A stretch of 43,012 nt of DNA, taken from positions 1-43,012 of the IMG/VR virus record IMGVR_UViG_2802429654_000001; one strand, given 5' to 3'. Made by a program: the position numbers and the translations under genes. Of the stretch, positions 17,110 to 24,747 are shown piece by piece; position 1 is the first letter of the stretch, and every line of letters begins with the position of its first letter. Source of the DNA: a virus. Under the pieces are notes generated by a model. That model was not told the origin of the DNA. It did no database searches and saw only the letters and a list, made by a program, of their open reading frames with translations.

Positions 17110-18029
17110 TGGTCACGTACTCGAAAGAACTGAAGCTCGATCCGCGCGAGTTCGAGTACCTCATGAAGGGGGTCCACCGCATCGAGTGCGACCTCCGCCG
17201 CCCCGAGACGGAGTTCATCGTGCTCCTCGGCGGGCGACTCGGCCTGCGCCCGGGAGAGATCTGCCACTTCCGCGAGGACTGGGTGAACTGGCGGAAGCGC
17301 TGTATCGAGATCCCGATGCACGACGCATGCGACCAGGGCAAAGACGGTGGGCTGTGTGGCTCGTGCCGGCAGTCCGTCCGTCAGCGCGTGGAGTACCACG
17401 ACATGACGCTTGGTGAGGCGCGGATGGAGGTCCTCCGGAAGGAGCTGATCGACCAGATCGCGCTTCCCGGCCACGTCCGCAACCAGCTGACCGCCGCCCA
17501 CCTCGGGCACATCCACGGCGACTTAGACGACGACGTCCTCTCCGACCAGCTGGATCACATGCTGGCGAGTGCCGAAGAGATCGACAACGGCGAGCAGGTC
17601 CTCGACGCCCTGGACGCGCTCGCCGAGGAGTACCGCGACGAGAATGAGCTCGAACCGGCGGACGCAGAACAGTTGATGTGGTCGCCGAAGACAGAGAACG
17701 CCTCCCGAGACGTCTACTTCGACTGGTGCCCGCGTGCCGAGCTCATCCTCGAGACGTACACCGACCGGTTCGACCGGTGGATGAACAGCCAGACGTGTAT
17801 CAACCGCCGCCTCGATACGGCGCTCGAACTCGCACCGGAGCTCGACACCGATACGACGACGCCCCACGGGCTGCGGGCGACGGCCGCGTCGTACCTCTCT
17901 GGCCGCGGGCTCTCGACGAAGGCGCTCCAGGCGCACTTCGGTTGGAGTCAGGCCAGCACCGCGGAACGGTACGTCGAGAACTCCCCGGAGGCGACGCACT
18001 CCCAGCTGCTCCAGACGAGGGTACGATGA
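17109..18029 (+). CDS. Tyrosine recombinase, SNJ2-integrase-like, with a helical insertion
   Basis: GRLGLRPGE, HDAC...CGSCR, SPKT, HGLRATA, FGW and RYV. Start is the ATG at 17109, not the track start at 16887. Confidence 0.85.
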   Translation: MVTYSKELKLDPREFEYLMKGVHRIECDLRRPETEFIVLLGGRLGLRPGEICHFREDWVNWRKRCIEIPMHDACDQGKDGGLCGSCRQSVRQRVEYHDMTLGEARMEVLRKELIDQIALPGHVRNQLTAAHLGHIHGDLDDDVLSDQLDHMLASAEEIDNGEQVLDALDALAEEYRDENELEPADAEQLMWSPKTENASRDVYFDWCPRAELILETYTDRFDRWMNSQTCINRRLDTALELAPELDTDTTTPHGLRATAASYLSGRGLSTKALQAHFGWSQASTAERYVENSPEATHSQLLQTRVR

Positions 18030-18439
18030 CGGAGGAGCCCCCGGCGATCGGCCTCGCCCCGGACGACGCGTGGTCGCTGCTCTCGAACGTCCGCCGCCGG
18101 CGCACGCTCGTGATCGTCGACGAGGCGGACGCGGTGGTCCACGTGACGGACCTCGCGGAGCGGGTCGCTGCCTTCGAGCTCGGGATCGACGTCGACGACG
18201 TCGGCCGCCAGCAGTGGCGGCGCGTCTACTCGGCGCTCGTGACGTGTCACCTGCTCCCGCTCTCGCAGGCGGACGCCATCGACTACGACGTCGACGAGAA
18301 GACGATCGATGAAGTTCCGGCGACTGCTGACCTCGCAGCGTGGGTCCACGTGATGGACTCGGCGTGCGAGGGTGCCGATGACTTCCCGCCGGCCCGGTGT
18401 GACGCCCGTGAGGGTGGGCCGATCGTGACCGGCGACTAG
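18026..18439 (+). CDS. DUF7344-like domain protein
   Basis: LLSNVRRRRTL...VYSALVTCHLLPLSQADAIDYD. GTG/ATG overlap with the integrase stop. Confidence 0.7.
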   Translation: MTEEPPAIGLAPDDAWSLLSNVRRRRTLVIVDEADAVVHVTDLAERVAAFELGIDVDDVGRQQWRRVYSALVTCHLLPLSQADAIDYDVDEKTIDEVPATADLAAWVHVMDSACEGADDFPPARCDAREGGPIVTGD

Positions 18440-18603
18440 TCTTCTACCCGCTCAGAGAAGCACTCTGGGCAGGGGTCATACCCCTCTTCTTCAAGCTTTT
18501 TCGGAGATCCTTGCCGTCGTTCTGCCTTAGGGCCGATCATAGTCATCAGGTCGGAGTCGCATCCCTTTCGATGATAGTAGTCCCGAGTGGTTACCAGGCG
18601 CAT
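18436..18603 (-). CDS. Small Zn-binding protein (Ada-metal-binding-like)
   Basis: YYHRKGC...EEEGYDPCPEC. TATA-like TTTTTAC about 25 nt upstream. Confidence 0.55.
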   Translation of the reverse strand: MRLVTTRDYYHRKGCDSDLMTMIGPKAERRQGSPKKLEEEGYDPCPECFSERVED

Positions 18604-18730
18604 CGCGACGAGTTGGGTCGTGTTCCGGTAAAAACCACCCGGCGCTAGCGTAGCCACTACACGTCTCTCGAACTCGATGAGACTCTCCTGCCAGAATCGC
18701 CGGCAGGCGAGTACAACCGCGAGAAGGAGT

Positions 18731-19462
18731 CTACTCGGAGACCGCGTCGCCGGCGAGCGCGATAGCCCTATTCGACGGCGCGAAGTCGACGTCGGTCTCG
18801 TCGACGAGTAGCTGCGCCAGCTGATCGACGCCCGCGTCGACGTCGTACCCCACACCGCGGAGGTGTCGGTACGCGTAGACCGGGTTGTACGGAGACTTCT
18901 CCGAGTGACCAGTCACGAGTACGGGCGTTAGGTCGCCGGCGTCGACAGCCTCTTGGAGGTCGGGATCCCAGCGGTTTGAGTTCAGGTCCTTGGGCCGGCC
19001 CTCGAACAACGTCGCGTGAAGCTGGCGCGGGTACGCCATCAGCACGAGCGCCGACGTCGGCCAGGGGAACGCGTCGATGTCGATGCCGCCGTACCGCCCC
19101 CACGATCCGACCTCGCGACGCCCGTCGGGCGTCTCCTTATGCGCTGCCAGCGGGCTCAGTCTGAAGTTCAGTCCGCGGAGTGCGTCCTCAAGCTCTTCCA
19201 GGTCCTCGACGAACGCCACGCCGACGTATTCGCTCTCGTCGATAGCGTAGCTCGTATAGAAGCCGCGGTCGCGGGCCTCGTCGTCGACGCCGGGCAGCAG
19301 CCCGCGGACGGTCCGCCAGAAGGGAGCGTCGTCGCCGACGTGCGAGACGACGGTCGGATGCGTCAGGGTCAACGCCGCGACCGCCGCGACGACCGGGGCG
19401 ACTAGGGTGATCGGTTCGGACGGGTCTATCCAGTCGAGTCGATTGAACAGTTGCGTGAACAT
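18731..19462 (-). CDS. Membrane-anchored hypothetical protein
   Basis: 243 aa with an N-terminal hydrophobic stretch TLVAPVVAAVAALTL. Confidence 0.75.
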   Translation of the reverse strand: MFTQLFNRLDWIDPSEPITLVAPVVAAVAALTLTHPTVVSHVGDDAPFWRTVRGLLPGVDDEARDRGFYTSYAIDESEYVGVAFVEDLEELEDALRGLNFRLSPLAAHKETPDGRREVGSWGRYGGIDIDAFPWPTSALVLMAYPRQLHATLFEGRPKDLNSNRWDPDLQEAVDAGDLTPVLVTGHSEKSPYNPVYAYRHLRGVGYDVDAGVDQLAQLLVDETDVDFAPSNRAIALAGDAVSE

Positions 19463-19483
19463 CGGTTGTGCGGGCCCGACGGC

Positions 19484-19525
19484 TTAACCAACAGCGCGGG
19501 CCCTGTCGCTGCTGGTGTAGGTTAA
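19484..19525. repeat. Bipartite inverted-repeat element, copy 3
   Basis: TTAACCAAC 19484-19492, 24-nt spacer, GTAGGTTAA 19517-19525. CTTAACCAACAGCG is identical to copy 2. Confidence 0.8.
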
Positions 19526-19635
19526 GATTCTGTCACGCCGGCGTCGACGCCGGCGCTTGAGACCTCGAACGTGGTTGTGTATGAATCAGCTTACAGTTCC
19601 AGAAGAGCCGGCTGAACGCGCTGAACCCCGATCAC

Positions 19636-20133
19636 TCAGATCAGGATGCTGAGCGGGAATCGATTGTACCAGTCAAATCTATCTTTAGATCTGATTGCTC
19701 CGATAGCATCCCGCCGGGCATCAAACAAATTTGATATGCTTGTATCGAGCTCCGCCTGATACACATCTATATTAGGCATACCACGTTGGAAATTGGAATT
19801 GATAGCAAAGGATCTCATCTGTTCGATGTCTTCAGAGTAAGTGTAATATTTCACTAATTTTTCAACCTCTTGGTCAGATAGCTGGCCAATGTTACTTGCG
19901 TTTGACTTATATACTGTATTATATGAAAGAGGATTTGCTGGTATACCTCCATCATCCTGCCTTGCTATTTCATCAACCCAAGGAGCGTCCAACTCAGTAA
20001 GAAACGCTGTCCGAAGCGACTTCCTCGTTTTTGCTTCACGTATCTTTTCTTTTATATAGAACCCAATCAGACTGCCTCCGATACCCAGAATAATACCAAA
20101 GGCAGTCTGGGCTAACCACGCTGGTACAAGCAT
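19636..20133 (-). CDS. AT-rich accessory membrane-anchored protein (moron)
   Basis: N-terminal TM segment AFGIILGIGGSLIGFYI. Visibly lower GC than its surroundings, with its own TATA-like upstream tract. Confidence 0.75.
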   Translation of the reverse strand: MLVPAWLAQTAFGIILGIGGSLIGFYIKEKIREAKTRKSLRTAFLTELDAPWVDEIARQDDGGIPANPLSYNTVYKSNASNIGQLSDQEVEKLVKYYTYSEDIEQMRSFAINSNFQRGMPNIDVYQAELDTSISNLFDARRDAIGAIRSKDRFDWYNRFPLSILI

Positions 20134-20221
20134 AACACGAACAGATTCACCGGAGGGATATGGTATATCTTATGGAAATTATATTGATTCTAAATTATTG
20201 AGCGAGAATCCGGAACTGCGA

Positions 20222-20383
20222 TCACTCAGACTCACCACGTTCATCAACAACATCAAACGACTTTGTGCCGAATGTTTCTTCCCGCCATTCCCTTCCACGC
20301 CGGAGAGGGTACTGACCTTTATCTATGATTTCGCCACCGTCTTCTGCGATCCACTCGTCGTTTAGTAGTCGGAGGACAGTCAT
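20222..20383 (-). CDS. Small hypothetical protein (53 aa)
   Basis: Not in the track. Reads MTVLRLLNDEWIAEDGGEII..., with an ATGA overlap with the upstream stop. Confidence 0.6.
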   Translation of the reverse strand: MTVLRLLNDEWIAEDGGEIIDKGQYPLRRGREWREETFGTKSFDVVDERGESE

Positions 20384-21114
20384 GACAGATCAACCCCGTA
20401 GACAGTAGCTCGACCGACGACAGGATGATCGCCGCTCACGACACTATCGTCAGAAAAAAGCCTCATCGAGTTGAACGGGGGCACTGTCCCGACAAAGTGG
20501 CCTGCGATCATGTTTGCTCTGGCGAAATTGCCCGGTGAAACGTCACACTCAAACACTGGCGATCCGCTAAAACCGTCCGCAACGGGAATGTCGGAAGGGG
20601 TAAGATTAGCTATCCCAACACTCACGAACGACTGCCTACTCCACAATTCCATGAGCCGATAAGATGTGTCACCATTCGTCTGGACGATGCTATCATTAGC
20701 ATCTATCTCTCGATAATCGTAATCGTTCCCCGTTACCCCAGAATATTGTAATCGCAGATCGCCACTCTTCTGACCTGTTTGAGGATTAATCGCCGCTTCT
20801 ATATACCATATATCGTGTTCGTCCGCGGCCAATGTGAGGTCCAACGTGGTCGTCTCGTCGTCATCCACAAAGTCGTAGACCTCTACCGAGCGGCGGCCGT
20901 TTGTATGGTTGAGGCCTAAACTGCCTGCAGTGAGCGATTCGAAGTGACTCGTTCCAGCGACTGGATCTGACTCACTTCCCAACGGACCGACAATGTCAAT
21001 AAAATTAGCGAGTTTGATTTCAGTTCCTGTATCGGTGTTTCGGAGGACCGATTCTCCAGCGTCGTTTTCAATCAATTCCGTGAAGTCTCCAAGGGCTGCT
21101 GTTGTCTCTACCAT
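20380..21114 (-). CDS. Putative tail fibre / receptor-binding protein
   Basis: Last large gene of the tail module. Beta-rich, lower GC. Confidence 0.5.
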   Translation of the reverse strand: MVETTAALGDFTELIENDAGESVLRNTDTGTEIKLANFIDIVGPLGSESDPVAGTSHFESLTAGSLGLNHTNGRRSVEVYDFVDDDETTTLDLTLAADEHDIWYIEAAINPQTGQKSGDLRLQYSGVTGNDYDYREIDANDSIVQTNGDTSYRLMELWSRQSFVSVGIANLTPSDIPVADGFSGSPVFECDVSPGNFARANMIAGHFVGTVPPFNSMRLFSDDSVVSGDHPVVGRATVYGVDLS

Positions 21115-21116
21115 GA

Positions 21117-21515
21117 TTAGTTACCAAGGGTGTACAGCACCGTGTCTGCCGGGATCGTCACTTGCTCCCCGGTCGTTTCAGGATCGTTAATCTCGTCGGC
21201 TCGAATGAACTGGTCCGTGCCTGGATCGTGAATCACGACATCCGTGATTGTCCCGACGTCGAGCGCTCCCCAGTCGAGGACGTTGTCGTTCTGGAGCTCC
21301 AGGATCCCAGTCCCTGCGACCGTCGAGAAGTCGGCCTCGCTGACCGAGATCGACGAGTAGTTACCTGACGTGTCGACCTCTTTGCTGTCGAGGTTGGTCG
21401 CGGTATCCCCGTAGTCGACTGCCTGGCCCATCAGGCGGATGTCTGCGCCGCCCGAGATGATCAGGTCGATCGCTGCCTGTGCTGCCGTCTGGTTGAGTCC
21501 GCTTTCAGTACTCAT
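21117..21515 (-). CDS. Tail-tip/fibre-associated protein
   Basis: EVDTSGNYSSI...NDNVLDW...GTITDVVIHD pattern recalled from small phage tail-fibre base proteins, plus gene position. Confidence 0.55.
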   Translation of the reverse strand: MSTESGLNQTAAQAAIDLIISGGADIRLMGQAVDYGDTATNLDSKEVDTSGNYSSISVSEADFSTVAGTGILELQNDNVLDWGALDVGTITDVVIHDPGTDQFIRADEINDPETTGEQVTIPADTVLYTLGN

Positions 21516-21529
21516 GGATTGGAAGTGTG

Positions 21530-22864
21530 TTAGTTCGCGTCGACTGTCGCACCGGGCTCGAGAACGAGTGTCCCGCCCGGCCGCACGTCGATCCCGCTGA
21601 CACGACGCGTCTCGCTGCTGCCGACCGTCCGCGTCTCGTCACCGAACACGCGAAGCAGTCGGCTCAAATCGAGATTGGACCCGGGCTCCAGATTCACCGT
21701 CCCGCCGGCGTCGACGTCGGCGGCCGTGTAGTGTTCGCTCGTCCCGCTCGCCACTGTCTTGGTCTCAGTGCTGCCGACGCGCAACACGTTGACGTCGTAC
21801 CGGATGAGCTCAAGCGTCGCACTATCCGGGTCCTCGCTGCCCACCGAGAGCTCGCGCTCCCGGGACAGCGCCACCGGCGCGGCGTCCGGGTCCGCACTGT
21901 AGACGGTGAGCTCCCGATCTCGTGAGAGTTCCAGTGTCGCGGCGTCCGGATCCGCGGCGTCGACGACGAGGTCTCGGGCGCGGGACAGTGCGAGCGTCGC
22001 ATCGTCCGGGTCTTTTGCGGTCGCGACCTCAAGCTCCCGGTCGCGAGAGAGCAGGTCCGACGCGCTGTCTCGGTCCGTGGCGAGCGGTTGGAGGATGATG
22101 TCCTGGAGCCACAGCCCAAGGCTAAGCCCCCACCGACGATCCGGGTTCTGCGTCCGAAAGGTGAGCTCCCAACGCCGCACGATATACCGTCCGGCCACGA
22201 GACTCGCGCCGGCGGGCGGGTTGATCATCGCTGTGTGGCGGCCGTCCGAGTCATCGACGAGGTAGTTGTCCCCGTCGGGGACCGAGCGCTCGGTGACAGC
22301 ACCTGGCAGCCCGGCTGTGTCCGCGATCGCGGCCGCCTGGTCATCATCCAGTCGCACCGGGAGCGTTACCTCACTCCCAATAGGCGACCCTGACGCTGTC
22401 GACGGTGCGACTTGGGCCTCACTCAGCTGGAGCGTCGACTCCTCCAAGTCGAGAATCCAGCCGTCGTGTTCGACGCTTGTCGGGAGTTGTCCCGACTCGA
22501 GCTCGTCGAGGACATCGAAGACGTCGAGTCGGGGATCCTTTCGGTGGAGTCCCAGCGTCACCCGATGCCGGCTCGGCGAGAGCTGCTCTTCGTCGTAACT
22601 CTCGACCAGGAACTCTTCCGACGGTGGGATCGGTGGCGAGTGCGACGCGTCGGGGTCGACGACCAGCGACTCGGTCTCCCCGCTCCGGTCGATCACGGTG
22701 AAGTCGCCACCATACCCCTGCTCGACCGTGTAGTCGCCGGCGTGGTCATACTGCCGCCAGTACGACAGGTCACCACGCGAGATCTCGAACGCGACCGTGA
22801 GCAGCGTCGGCGTGGCGGTGACCTCGACCGGCTCGATGTCACGATCGCCGATGGTCCAGCTCAT
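21530..22864 (-). CDS. Minor tail protein with internal repeats
   Basis: 444 aa. Four ~20-aa LSRxRxL.V...DPD..TL repeats and two C-terminal ~40-aa repeats. Confidence 0.7.
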   Translation of the reverse strand: MSWTIGDRDIEPVEVTATPTLLTVAFEISRGDLSYWRQYDHAGDYTVEQGYGGDFTVIDRSGETESLVVDPDASHSPPIPPSEEFLVESYDEEQLSPSRHRVTLGLHRKDPRLDVFDVLDELESGQLPTSVEHDGWILDLEESTLQLSEAQVAPSTASGSPIGSEVTLPVRLDDDQAAAIADTAGLPGAVTERSVPDGDNYLVDDSDGRHTAMINPPAGASLVAGRYIVRRWELTFRTQNPDRRWGLSLGLWLQDIILQPLATDRDSASDLLSRDRELEVATAKDPDDATLALSRARDLVVDAADPDAATLELSRDRELTVYSADPDAAPVALSRERELSVGSEDPDSATLELIRYDVNVLRVGSTETKTVASGTSEHYTAADVDAGGTVNLEPGSNLDLSRLLRVFGDETRTVGSSETRRVSGIDVRPGGTLVLEPGATVDAN

Positions 22865-24747
22865 GACTCAGCCCCACGCCGGAAGAGCTCCGTCTGGACG
22901 TACGCGGAGATAAGCCCGAGCGAGTCACTAGCGAGTTCGATGTTGTTCACGCCTGGCGTCAACTGTTCACCGATATCGATCGTCTCAGTGAATACACCGC
23001 TGCCGACGTTCGAAGCGACGGTGTCTCCCTCAATTATTACGTCGACGTTGGATGCTGTCTCGTCGTCGAACTCGACCACACCCGGATCGGGTGGGTGCGT
23101 GTGCCGTGGGTTAAACAGTGCGACCTCGATGGTGATCACTTCTTCGTCGATGTTCGTTCCAGTTGAGCCATCGTCGACGAAGTCATGCCCAGTCTGATTC
23201 GTGACATGGACGGTGATGTCAGAATCGTTGTAGACGTACGGAAGTGTATCATATTCTTGGACGAAATACCCAAGCGAAAAATTGCCCTGATCATCTCGTC
23301 CAACAGTTGAGTAGTTCTTCTCAACAGCCTCTCCTGCTTCAGTTAACCCTGATGTGACGAATTGAACCTGCCAGTTCGAATCCGGGCCGTGTGGGTCCGA
23401 TGCTGTGTTGAACGCCTCGCCAATCTGAATATAGAATATGTTTGGATGGTTCGACCACTCAGAGCCTATCTGGAGATCAACTGATTTTGTCTCACCATCC
23501 TGCCATTCCACTTGTTCCCAGATATGCGTGTCCGACGTCTCGGTGTCCGTACTATCCTGAAGCGCCCCAGACGAGTAGGCTCGGTACGGGATCGATCGGA
23601 CTGTGAGTTCAGCAACGTCCTCACGGACGACATCATCAGGATAGTCATACTCACCAGTCGCGTTCGCATCCCCCGTGACTGGCTGGCGCTCGACAGCCCG
23701 GAAGTTATCCCGGTCGACGAAGCCACCGAACCCACGGTTCAGCCGCTGGAGGTCATCGTTCCGCTTAGAATCGCGATTCTCCCGCGTTAGCAGCCGGTTC
23801 GACAGCGTGACCAACAGTTCGCGACCACGCTCAGTGAAGCTCTTGCGAAGACTCACGATCCGGAGCTGCCGCGAGATGTTCTCTTCGGGGTACTCGACTG
23901 CGACCCGGTCCCCGAGCTCAAGGTCCTCATCGTAGACTGTTGCCTCGACGGTAAGCGACCGCGGCTCACCGTCGTACTCCGCGACCTGCTGGTCGATAAT
24001 GTTCTGGAGTCGTGTCTCATCGATGATCTCCTTGTTCTTGTAGCGACGCCAGACCTCACGACCGCCGCTGTACGAGTCCGCGACAGCCGTCGCCGTGAGT
24101 TGATACGGGCCGGACTCGCCACCCAGCCCGAGGACGTGCGTGACGTCTTCGCGCTCGTCGATCGTTTTCCGAAAGTCGTCGCCAATGTTCCCCTCGGCCG
24201 GCCCGAGCGTCACCGACCGATTTGCGCCGAGCCGGTCGACGACGTCCACTGAGAAGTCGGCGTTGTAGCGGAACTCGGCGCCGACCTGATCACGCAGGTC
24301 GTACAGTATCTTCGACTGCGAGCCGAACGAGACCGCGTAACTGACCGTCGTATTCGGCAGCGAGACCGCCCCCTGAGACAGCGTCGGAACGGACCCGACC
24401 GCGTCCGTGGCGACCAGCTCCGGATCCACGTTCTGGTAGGTGAGGTTCTCCGACGTCGGTTCGGCATCTGCCGCGTCGATCTCCGGGCTGTTGAGGCGGA
24501 TCGATACCGTCCCACCGTTTGCCTGCGAATCATCGAACCGCCCGCCGAACTCGTCCGTCCCGTTGACGACGAAGAACAGCCGGTCGTTACGCTCGTCGAG
24601 AGCGTCCTCGACCTGGAGCCAGACATCGCGACGCAACCGGAGCTCGGCGCGAGCCTGCTCGTCGAACGCTCGCGTGTACTGCCCGGTGATCACCGAGAGC
24701 TCGTCGACGACAGTCCCGTCCGACCGCTCGATACGGAGTTGAAGCAC
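22861..24747 (-). CDS. Baseplate hub / Tal-like minor tail protein
   Basis: 628 aa directly after the TMP. Hub-like patterns (VTHVLGLG...; LELGDRVAVEYPEENISRQLRIVSL). Confidence 0.7.
   Translation of the reverse strand: MLQLRIERSDGTVVDELSVITGQYTRAFDEQARAELRLRRDVWLQVEDALDERNDRLFFVVNGTDEFGGRFDDSQANGGTVSIRLNSPEIDAADAEPTSENLTYQNVDPELVATDAVGSVPTLSQGAVSLPNTTVSYAVSFGSQSKILYDLRDQVGAEFRYNADFSVDVVDRLGANRSVTLGPAEGNIGDDFRKTIDEREDVTHVLGLGGESGPYQLTATAVADSYSGGREVWRRYKNKEIIDETRLQNIIDQQVAEYDGEPRSLTVEATVYDEDLELGDRVAVEYPEENISRQLRIVSLRKSFTERGRELLVTLSNRLLTRENRDSKRNDDLQRLNRGFGGFVDRDNFRAVERQPVTGDANATGEYDYPDDVVREDVAELTVRSIPYRAYSSGALQDSTDTETSDTHIWEQVEWQDGETKSVDLQIGSEWSNHPNIFYIQIGEAFNTASDPHGPDSNWQVQFVTSGLTEAGEAVEKNYSTVGRDDQGNFSLGYFVQEYDTLPYVYNDSDITVHVTNQTGHDFVDDGSTGTNIDEEVITIEVALFNPRHTHPPDPGVVEFDDETASNVDVIIEGDTVASNVGSGVFTETIDIGEQLTPGVNNIELASDSLGLISAYVQTELFRRGAES

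Noticed and set aside
20380-22864. phiCh1-style invertible tail-fibre cassette as an explanation for the extra recombinases
   Set aside because: There is no inverted duplicate fibre gene and no recombinase within or next to the fibre genes.
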